This document shows positions 55,292-63,052 of a DNA stretch of 64,000 nucleotides, piece after piece; the stretch's first letter is position 1, and each line of letters starts with the position of its first letter. Origin of the DNA: Prolixibacteraceae bacterium (GTDB taxonomy: Bacteria; Bacteroidota; Bacteroidia; Bacteroidales; Prolixibacteraceae); assembly GCA_018648265.1 (NCBI GenBank), contig JABGRN010000014.1:6436-70435 (forward strand). Direction: 5' to 3'. A program made the translations under genes and the position numbers. The notes beneath the pieces are model-generated. The model saw nothing but the letters and a program-made list of their open reading frames with translations. It made no database searches and was not told the DNA's origin.

Positions 55292-57406
55292 TCAATCTTC
55301 CTGTTTTAATGGTAACTTAATAATAAAAGTACTTCCTTTCCCCAGTGTACTTTCCAGAGAAACTGTGCCTCGATGTGCTTCAATTATCTTTTTTACAATG
55401 GTAAGTCCAATACCGCTCCCTTTAACAGAACGCGTGAGCTCGTTACCGCCTCTGAAAAAACGGTCGAAGATTTTAAGTTGGTCTTCGCGTTGTATTCCTA
55501 CTCCAAAATCCTTTACACTGATTTTTACCCAATCTCCGGTATGTTCTACCACTATTTCGATGTTTTTTGAACTTCCGGAGTATTTATATGCATTATCGAG
55601 TAAATTATAGATAACCTGCTGAATGGCCTCTTTGTCAATTACCAGTTCAGGAAGCATTTCGGGCATGGATAGTGAAACGTTGAATCCTTCGTTTGAAATG
55701 CTATTCTGAAAAACTGATTTTACATGGTCTATTTGTTCTGACACATCGATTTTCTCAAACCGAAAAGCTTTTTTCCCTTCTTCTATTTTTGAAAAATCAA
55801 GAATATTATCAATCAGATGACTTAACCGTTCCGATTGCTCCAACATTACCGCATAATATTCTTTTTTCCTGCTTTCAGTTTTTATCCTTTCGCTAAACAG
55901 CATTTCCGACATTTGCCTGATGGAAGTCAGAGGGCTTTTAAATTCATGGGAAACCGTGCTGATAAAATCGGATTTCATTTTCGAAAGCATAAGTTCTTTA
56001 TTAATTATCTGCAGGGTGAAGAATAAGCCCAATGCCAACACAATTACAATAAACAGGAATATGTAAATAAAGATTCCCTGCGATGCCCTTAAAAAAGTAG
56101 TTATCATGCCACTTGATTCCTTATAAAGCACCAAAGACCAGGAAGGCATAAACGGTGGAAATACCGATGTGATTTTGATATCTTCGGGTAAATCTACCAG
56201 TGACTGCGCAATTAATTCCCTGCCTTCTTTTATGATTTGCCACTGAAAATCGAAGTTTTGTTTTTCGTTGGGAATAATTGTATCCTTCAACTGATTTAAA
56301 AATTGGGAAAGATTATAGATTATACCCCACTGCCCATTCCCTGTATGCGGGAATAAAGAGAGAAGGGTTGCCTTTCGTTCCACATCCGTATATATTCTGT
56401 ATTCGCTTTCCGCTTCAGGTGACCTAAAACCGGGTTCTTTTAAAACAATTGCAGCGTTATCAAGAAACACCAGTTGATTGTTGGTTTTATCAACAAAATT
56501 TGTTAGTTCACCCAGAACTGATATAATTTGCTTTCCCTGTTCAAGGCAGAGCTCATTTTTACAACTTTCACTTCTTTTTATAATTTCATCGCATGCAGCC
56601 ACCAGTTGGTTATATTGCGAAAACTCCAATGCCCAATGTGATTTAGCTGTAAGGGAAAGGAGATAATTAGTCGATTTTAATGCGTTCAAAGTATCTCCCT
56701 TGATTAAATGCAAACTACCGATTTCCATTAACGCAATAACACCCAGGAGGATTCCTCCGGTCAGTCTTTCCTGACCATGCTTTTCTTCAATTAGCTTGTA
56801 TGTATCTATGGCATCGGTAAAATTTAGAAGTTTTTTCTGAATCCTTGCTACGGATATTGAATGAGAAGCAATCAAAGCATCGTTTTTGGTTTTTTTGATT
56901 TGACTCCGGTAAAAATTTAACGCTTTTGGATAATTTTTATCCTTAAATTCGTATTCCCATCCTTGAAAATAGTTGTTGTTTAAATCAGATTCATTGACTA
57001 AGTACCTTTGCTTAAATGTACCGTCAGGAAAATAGAGTAATCCTGATTTTAGGATTTGGACAGTACCTGCGGACTGGATATAAAAAATGCCTTCAATCAC
57101 TGGTTTCTTCTTCAGGAAATTTGCAAAGATTGAATCTTCAAAAAATATTCTTTCTGCAGGAGGTATTCCACTTACTCCGGTTTTTCGTAATAATTGTTTT
57201 TCTGTTTCTGCAAGAAACAAGTCAGCTTCTTTAATGATTTTTGCACCGGTTTCAGTAAGTTGCTGCCTGATTTCTCTTTCATTAATAGCCTGATCGTTGA
57301 TAACACCTCTAAAAGCAAGAGCACCAAGAATAATGCTCGGTAATACAACAACCAAAAAATAATAAAACAGGATCTTATTTTTTCCTATCCGGATTTTCTT
57401 ATGCAT
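55292..57406 (-). CDS. Sensor histidine kinase with extracytoplasmic TPR-like domain (module B)
   Basis: It has two TM segments flanking a ~400-aa loop. Catalytic motifs are H-box VSHEFKSPLTSI, N-box NLLDNAYKYS, KDFGVGI and GSGIGLTI. Confidence 0.9.
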   Translation of the reverse strand: MHKKIRIGKNKILFYYFLVVVLPSIILGALAFRGVINDQAINEREIRQQLTETGAKIIKEADLFLAETEKQLLRKTGVSGIPPAERIFFEDSIFANFLKKKPVIEGIFYIQSAGTVQILKSGLLYFPDGTFKQRYLVNESDLNNNYFQGWEYEFKDKNYPKALNFYRSQIKKTKNDALIASHSISVARIQKKLLNFTDAIDTYKLIEEKHGQERLTGGILLGVIALMEIGSLHLIKGDTLNALKSTNYLLSLTAKSHWALEFSQYNQLVAACDEIIKRSESCKNELCLEQGKQIISVLGELTNFVDKTNNQLVFLDNAAIVLKEPGFRSPEAESEYRIYTDVERKATLLSLFPHTGNGQWGIIYNLSQFLNQLKDTIIPNEKQNFDFQWQIIKEGRELIAQSLVDLPEDIKITSVFPPFMPSWSLVLYKESSGMITTFLRASQGIFIYIFLFIVIVLALGLFFTLQIINKELMLSKMKSDFISTVSHEFKSPLTSIRQMSEMLFSERIKTESRKKEYYAVMLEQSERLSHLIDNILDFSKIEEGKKAFRFEKIDVSEQIDHVKSVFQNSISNEGFNVSLSMPEMLPELVIDKEAIQQVIYNLLDNAYKYSGSSKNIEIVVEHTGDWVKISVKDFGVGIQREDQLKIFDRFFRGGNELTRSVKGSGIGLTIVKKIIEAHRGTVSLESTLGKGSTFIIKLPLKQED

Positions 57407-57434
57407 CTGAAATGTAACTTTTATTCAATCTGTA

Positions 57435-57501
57435 AAAGTTCTCAATTATAAATTACATACGTATCAAGAAACAGAATTGTTTTGTCAAGACTTTGTCAAG
57501 T
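57435..57501 (-). promoter_or_regulatory. Class II operator repeats upstream of the module B kinase
   Basis: Octamers are TATCAAGA at 57462, TGTCAAGA at 57483 and TGTCAAGT at 57494, with spacings of 21 and 11 nt. AAAGTT at 57435-57440 sits 27 nt before the first octamer, exactly as at 54383. The -7 box is degenerate here. Confidence 0.45.
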
Positions 57502-57524
57502 ATTCAGATTCCAGCGGGAATTAC

Positions 57525-57556
57525 AAAAAACAGCGGGAAACTTTTGCTCCCGGCTG
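57525..57556 (-). terminator. Terminator hairpin T3 after the 700-aa propeller gene
   Basis: cagcgggaaacttttgctcccggctg at 57531-57556, followed on the minus strand by TTTTTT. Confidence 0.6.
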
Positions 57557-57620
57557 CCTGTTTTGCTAATATAATTTCTAATTGATTTCAGCATTAGCTT
57601 CACTTTTGTTTGTTAATGGT

Positions 57621-59723
57621 TTATTTCTTTGGCAGGAAATCGCTGATCATATAAAATTCTGGTCTACCTCCAATAATGTTTTTAAAAGCTATTTTTTTGC
57701 CATCCGGCGACCAGCTGAATCTACCTTGTCTGGATTCCTTCGGGAGGCCAGTGGGTAGCAATTTTGGTTTTCCTTCGCTAAGTGTGGTTATCCAGATGTT
57801 ACGAGGGCCTACTTTATGTGCAATTTTTGATCCGTCAGGAGAAAAAGCCAAATGACTCCACCTATCGAATCTAATATCTGCAACCAGTACTTTAGATTGA
57901 CCGCCTTCAACCGGTATTGTTTTTATTGCACTACCTGAGAAGAAAGCGATGTTTTTACCGTCGGGAGAGAAGGTGATGGCACTACGTCCTATGCTATCAG
58001 ATTTTGAGGTGATTTGCCTTATTTTACCACCTTCTGATGGAATAATATATATTGCGCGGAAGTCATTAATGTCATTTTTACCTTCATAAAATGCGACCCA
58101 CTTTCCATCAGGTGACCAGCGCGGATAATAACTTTCGAAGGGTCTGTCACTGGTTAGTTGAACAGGTATTCCACTTTCCAGTATTATGGTAAATAAATTA
58201 CTTTTGTTAGCTTTATTTTCTATCATCCCGGTACCGGTGCTGATAAGGATCTTTTTTCCATCGGGAGAAATATTATGGGCGCCCCCTGGTATGGTTGACA
58301 TAAGATCTTCACTGGTCTGTACCGGAACTTTTATTGCTTTACCGCCATTTGATGGAACAAAAAGTATTTCTGATCCTACTTCTTTATTATATCCTCTGAA
58401 GTAGATACGTTTCCCATCGGGTGACCACGCTGGATAATTAGGACCAAGTCCATCAGGTGATACCTGCATTGCCTTTCCTCCGGTTGAGGGCACAGTATAA
58501 ATCGCTGATCGCCGTTCCGATTGAAGGAAAATTCCAAGTTCATTTTCTGCTGTCCATCCTGCCAGCATATTAGGACTCTCACTGGGAAGCTTAATCTTTG
58601 TAGGATCTTCTGTGGTGGATTTGTCTGGTGAAAACGGGTAAATTATTATTTCTTTATCTAAAAGAGTAGCGATGTATTTGCTATCAGGTGACCAAATGGG
58701 ACCACTCAATCCTTCGTTAACGTTTGAAAGTTTTACCGGTTTGCCATTTTTAGCAGAAACAACCCATAGATCACAAATTGTTTCATCATTGTCCGGGTCA
58801 TTGTTTTTCATGCTATAACCAATATATGCTATAAATTGATCGTCGGGAGAATAGGAAGGCTTATTGCTCATTCCGGATATTAATTGTTTAGGTTTACCAC
58901 CTAATGTAGGAATTGTATAAATACTACGATCTAAGGGAAAAGATTCTGTCTTTCCTAATTCAAGAGCCGAGAAAGTCAGCATATCACCATCATGTGATAA
59001 GCTAAGTCTACGGTTAAAGGCATAATCACCACGAGGTATCATTTCTACCAGTCGGGGTTTAGCTCCGTCCACAGGAATGATATACACAATCTCATTTTCA
59101 ACACCACTTTCCTCAGTATCTATTGCATTAACCGCTATCCACTTCCCGTCGGCTGACCATGACATCAAAGTGCCATTATCCCAACCTCCCGGTATTTTTG
59201 CAAGTTGAATTGGTTCACCGGCAATGTCGGGATTAACTTTTCCATGGAGAGGAATGATCCACACGGAACCATCGGAGAACGTGGCCAATCTGTTCCCATC
59301 AGGTGATAAAACCCCGTTTTGAGGATTACTGGCAATCTTGATTTTCGTGAATTTTGGCTTAATGGAAGTTTTAGAAACTTTTTCGGCAACCCGTAATCTG
59401 GAAATCCTTTCCCTGGCAAGTTCAGCTATTTTTTTCTGGTCTTCGTATTTATTAATTATCTGCTCATAATAAGCCTGGGCTTTTTTTGTTCCAAGCCTTT
59501 CACTTGAGAGCCCCAGATGAAAAAGTGCCGTTGCGGTAATTTCTCTTTGATCAGGATAATTTTTGACAATATCCTCATAAATGAGTATAGCTTCTTCAAG
59601 GTTACCTTTCACTTCTTCCAGATAAATGGCATTACTAAGTAACTCATCAGGGTTTTTTTCCTGTCCGGAAGTTATACCAGACACCAACAGACTGCATAAT
59701 AGAAAAACAAAAATTCGTTTCAT
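57621..59723 (-). CDS. Secreted TPR + PD40 beta-propeller protein, 700 aa
   Basis: Signal peptide and the TPR segment DELLSNAIYLEEVKGNLEEAILIYEDIVKNYPD. PD40 motifs include LSPDGNRLAT, WSADGKWIAV, YSPDDQFIAY, WSPDSKYIAT, WSPDGKRIYF and WSPDGKWVAF. The C-terminus is EFYMISDFLPKK. Confidence 0.85.
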   Translation of the reverse strand: MKRIFVFLLCSLLVSGITSGQEKNPDELLSNAIYLEEVKGNLEEAILIYEDIVKNYPDQREITATALFHLGLSSERLGTKKAQAYYEQIINKYEDQKKIAELARERISRLRVAEKVSKTSIKPKFTKIKIASNPQNGVLSPDGNRLATFSDGSVWIIPLHGKVNPDIAGEPIQLAKIPGGWDNGTLMSWSADGKWIAVNAIDTEESGVENEIVYIIPVDGAKPRLVEMIPRGDYAFNRRLSLSHDGDMLTFSALELGKTESFPLDRSIYTIPTLGGKPKQLISGMSNKPSYSPDDQFIAYIGYSMKNNDPDNDETICDLWVVSAKNGKPVKLSNVNEGLSGPIWSPDSKYIATLLDKEIIIYPFSPDKSTTEDPTKIKLPSESPNMLAGWTAENELGIFLQSERRSAIYTVPSTGGKAMQVSPDGLGPNYPAWSPDGKRIYFRGYNKEVGSEILFVPSNGGKAIKVPVQTSEDLMSTIPGGAHNISPDGKKILISTGTGMIENKANKSNLFTIILESGIPVQLTSDRPFESYYPRWSPDGKWVAFYEGKNDINDFRAIYIIPSEGGKIRQITSKSDSIGRSAITFSPDGKNIAFFSGSAIKTIPVEGGQSKVLVADIRFDRWSHLAFSPDGSKIAHKVGPRNIWITTLSEGKPKLLPTGLPKESRQGRFSWSPDGKKIAFKNIIGGRPEFYMISDFLPKK

Positions 59724-59735
59724 AATTTTTTATTT

Positions 59736-59792
59736 CAAAATTAACCTTCCCTTTTAACACCTATATGTTGGAATTGTGAACTTGTGTTAAAC
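59736..59792 (-). promoter_or_regulatory. Class III promoter/operator upstream of the 700-aa propeller gene
   Basis: The box is CAAAATTA (59736-59743). Octamers are TATGTTGG at 59764, TGTGAACT at 59775 and TGTTAAAC at 59785. The offset is 21 nt. Confidence 0.4.
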
Positions 59793-59816
59793 AAATGCAA
59801 AGCACTAAAACAGTGT

Positions 59817-60506
59817 TTAAATACAAGTAAATTTATAGCCTATACCTCTAAACCCTATTATCCATCTTGGATTTGAAGGATCATCTTCTATTTTTTTTCT
59901 TAATTTGGCAATATGGGTATCCACAGTCCGCGGAGAAACTAAAATATCTTCACCCCATACCTTGTCCAATATTTCATTCCTGCTTATTACCTGTTCCCTT
60001 TTTTTTATCAAATAATGTAGTAATGAGAATTCCAGTGTTGTCAGGATTATGTTTTTTTCTTTTTTCTTACAGGAAAATTTCTTGAAATTAATTTCGAGAT
60101 CGCCAATTTTAAATTGAATTTCAACTGTCCCATTTTTTTCACTGTTTCTTCGTCGAAGAACGGCTTTAACCCTGGCATGAAGTTCCCTGGAACTATACGG
60201 TTTTGTAATATAATCATCAGCTCCAAACTCCAATCCGAGAACCTTGTCAATTTCCTGGCTCTTAGCTGTTAACATGATAATTGGTGTTTCAATTCCTTTT
60301 TTTCTTAGTTCTTTACAAATTTCAAAACCATCAATCCCCGGTAACATAACATCCAGCAGAATAATATCTATATCAGGATCAAAAGCCTTTTCCAGTCCTT
60401 CATTTCCTTCAACTGCTGATTCAACCAGGTAACCTTCAAAGGTAAAATCATCAACTATTGCTTTTCTGATGGAAATATCATCTTCAACAACTAATAATTT
60501 TCTCAT
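59817..60506 (-). CDS. OmpR/PhoB-family response regulator (module A, subfamily II)
   Basis: It has an ATGA overlap with the kinase stop. Motifs are ILLDVMLPGIDGFE and PRTVDTHIAKLRKKIEDDPSNPRWIIGFRGIGYKF. Confidence 0.9.
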   Translation of the reverse strand: MRKLLVVEDDISIRKAIVDDFTFEGYLVESAVEGNEGLEKAFDPDIDIILLDVMLPGIDGFEICKELRKKGIETPIIMLTAKSQEIDKVLGLEFGADDYITKPYSSRELHARVKAVLRRRNSEKNGTVEIQFKIGDLEINFKKFSCKKKEKNIILTTLEFSLLHYLIKKREQVISRNEILDKVWGEDILVSPRTVDTHIAKLRKKIEDDPSNPRWIIGFRGIGYKFTCI

Positions 60507-62626
60507 GTTATACTTTTTTGGAATATGGGTAATTTGATAATAAAAGTGCTGCCTTTACTAATTTGGCTTTCATGTGAAATAGTTCCACCATGATAATTTA
60601 CAATTTGTTTCACAATAGTTAAACCAATTCCACTTCCCTTAACAAGGTGGATCCGATCATCACTAACCCGGTAAAACCGATTGTATATTTTATCATTGTC
60701 TTCTGCTGGAATTCCGATTCCAAAATCTTTAATTGAAATAAAAACCGATTTTTTGTCCGATTTTGTTTGAACCTCGATCAAATCTGATTTTCCGGAATAT
60801 TTATACGCGTTATCCAAAAGATTATGGATTACCTGGGAGATAGCTTCTTTGTCGGCATGTATAAGCGGTAAAATATTGGCTTGCTCATAAGTTAGCTTAA
60901 ATTCCTTATCGGGTATCGATTTTTTGAACGATTCAATAATTTCCTTCAGAATTAAATCCATATTAACAGGTTCAAATCTGAATTTCTTTTGCCCTTCCTC
61001 TAATTTTGAAAAATCGAGTATATTTTCAATCAAATGGCTTAACCTTTCACTTTGTTGCTGAATGATCTCGTAGTACTCCTGCTTTTTCGATTCCGTGAGA
61101 ACCCTTTTAAAAACCAGCATGTCGGTTATATGCCTTATGGATGTCAACGGGCTTTTGAATTCATGTGAAACCGTTGAAATAAAATCAGACTTCATTTTTG
61201 ACAACTGAAGTTCTTTGCTAACAATTTGAATTGTAAAAAATAAACCAAGGGCTAAAACCAGAACTATAAAAATGAATATAAACAAAAAGATACTATGCCC
61301 CGAAAGGAACAAAGTATTTATTAAACCGGATGGTTCAGAATATAATTTAAGCGTCCAGACCGGCATTTCACCTGGCGATTCTATTATTACCGGTTCCACT
61401 TCGAAATTGATACTTAATGATTCTGCCACCGTCTTTCCACTTTCGTCAACCAATTGCCATTGAAAATTTTCATTTTCAGAATGTTCTTTTATTAATGGAA
61501 GGAGTACCTTATTAATAAATTCTTTACAGTTATATATTATGCCCCAGTATCGGTTTTTTGTTCCGCTAAAGAGTGAAAAATAATATGAATTATTATCTGT
61601 TACAGTATATCTTATGTAAGGTAATTGTCCTTCAATACTCCGGTATATGAGAGAATCATTAATTATAAGTGAATAATCTTCCACAAATTCAAGAAGATAT
61701 TCTGAAGTTTTTTCCCTGATTTTTATTTTTTCATAAAGAGTATCTACCCTGGCCGATAAGTCTATTAGGGTTTTATTATTTGTCTGTTTAATCTGACTGT
61801 TTATGTTTTGAATAGAAGATAGCAGGTTATTATAACCGGAAGGATCTATTTGCCATTCAGTATTTAATATTCTGTTTAAAAATTTAATGGTATTATTCAA
61901 AGATAAAATCGTATCTCCGGCTAACTTATTAAGATCAATTTTTTCAAGTTGAGCCATAATACCCAAATGGATCCGTTTATCGATTATTATTTCTCCGTAC
62001 TCAGATTCGATAAGCCGGTAAGTTTCTATGGCCTTATTGTGCTCTGACAATTTAGTTTGTACCCGGGCAATTTGTATCAGTATATAAGCTTTTGTTTCCT
62101 TATTCTTAAATTCCCTGAATCTGTTTTTATAATAATTAAGAGCTTTTTGAAGATTTTTTTCCTGGTATTCATATTTCCATCCTTGCGTAAACATATTTAC
62201 ATATTTATATGGAGACTGAACTTCCTCTTTTTCTTCATAAATTTTAGGAATATATAAAAGAGAGGGATGAAAAATTCGAATTGAACCAGAAGGTTGAATT
62301 AAAAAAAAGCTTCTGAGCAGGTTGTTTTTATTCGCGAAAGATTTTAATGTATCTTCTTCAAAAGTCAGATAGGAAGGGAAGGAAGGCACTAAATCCGGGA
62401 TTTTCCCCTTGAATTTATTATTAATTATTGTAATAGCTGAATTGGTTTGAGAAATAAGAACTGCACCTGTTTCAGTCAGTTGTTTTCTCTGCTCCCTTTC
62501 GATTAGTGCATGGTCATTTTTTATGCCTCTGAAAGCAAGTATTCCGAGCAAACAACATGGTATAACAATAACCAAAACATAATATAGAATGATCTTTTTT
62601 TTACTAAAATATCTTTTGGTACTCAT
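60503..62626 (-). CDS. Sensor histidine kinase with extracytoplasmic TPR-like domain (module A)
   Basis: A paralogue of 55292-57406. It has the H-box VSHEFKSPLTSI and the motifs NLLDNAYKYS, KDFGIGI and GSGIGLTI. Confidence 0.9.
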   Translation of the reverse strand: MSTKRYFSKKKIILYYVLVIVIPCCLLGILAFRGIKNDHALIEREQRKQLTETGAVLISQTNSAITIINNKFKGKIPDLVPSFPSYLTFEEDTLKSFANKNNLLRSFFLIQPSGSIRIFHPSLLYIPKIYEEKEEVQSPYKYVNMFTQGWKYEYQEKNLQKALNYYKNRFREFKNKETKAYILIQIARVQTKLSEHNKAIETYRLIESEYGEIIIDKRIHLGIMAQLEKIDLNKLAGDTILSLNNTIKFLNRILNTEWQIDPSGYNNLLSSIQNINSQIKQTNNKTLIDLSARVDTLYEKIKIREKTSEYLLEFVEDYSLIINDSLIYRSIEGQLPYIRYTVTDNNSYYFSLFSGTKNRYWGIIYNCKEFINKVLLPLIKEHSENENFQWQLVDESGKTVAESLSINFEVEPVIIESPGEMPVWTLKLYSEPSGLINTLFLSGHSIFLFIFIFIVLVLALGLFFTIQIVSKELQLSKMKSDFISTVSHEFKSPLTSIRHITDMLVFKRVLTESKKQEYYEIIQQQSERLSHLIENILDFSKLEEGQKKFRFEPVNMDLILKEIIESFKKSIPDKEFKLTYEQANILPLIHADKEAISQVIHNLLDNAYKYSGKSDLIEVQTKSDKKSVFISIKDFGIGIPAEDNDKIYNRFYRVSDDRIHLVKGSGIGLTIVKQIVNYHGGTISHESQISKGSTFIIKLPIFQKSIT

Positions 62627-62690
62627 CTGATTGTCATCTCATAAACTACTTAATATAAAGAGTTTAATATAACTATTTTTCTCCACATTT

Positions 62691-62730
62691 TGTTAAGGAA
62701 TAAATTAGTTTTGTGAAATTTTTGTGAAGT
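62691..62730 (-). promoter_or_regulatory. Class III operator repeats upstream of the module A kinase
   Basis: Octamers are TGTTAAGG at 62691, TGTGAAAT at 62712 and TGTGAAGT at 62723, with spacings of 21 and 11 nt. I found no clear -7 box. Confidence 0.4.
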
Positions 62731-62837
62731 GACAAAATATAAGCAAAACCTAAGGAACCTATCTATAAGAAGAACAATTTCTTTCAGTGAAGCAAAAGCA
62801 ACAACCTGAGGCTATCGACTCACAACTATTTTATCAC

Positions 62838-62869
62838 CAAAAACAGCCGGAAACTTTTGCTCCCGGCTG
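62838..62869 (-). terminator. Terminator hairpin T4 downstream of the partial propeller gene
   Basis: cagccggaaacttttgctcccggctg at 62844-62869, followed on the minus strand by TTTTT. Confidence 0.6.
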
Positions 62870-63052
62870 CCTATTTTGAAGATTAAAACATCTGATTCTT
62901 TATTCATTCACTGTTTATGATTATTATTTATTTCTTCCAAAATAGTGGTTTTTATTTGCAGTTAAAATGAATTTCAAACTCATCATTGAAATTATGTAAA
63001 AGTGAGAAGGTTTATAAAGGTTTGTCATAATTACGAGATAAAAAATTAGCAT

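Noticed and set aside
57462-57501. CTTGACA repeats read as sigma-70 -35 hexamers
   Set aside because: They occur three times on a 21/11 phase, and Bacteroidota primary promoters use -33 TTTG / -7 TAnnTTTG. I therefore interpret them as regulator sites rather than -35 elements.
38434-59723. The TPR-PD40 proteins as S9 (DPP-IV / prolyl oligopeptidase) peptidases or TolB orthologues
   Set aside because: The proteins end directly after the last blade, at the ..FLP motif. There is no ~250-aa alpha/beta-hydrolase domain. The single GESYG in the 739-aa protein lies inside a blade region. No tol-pal genes are adjacent, so true TolB is unlikely.
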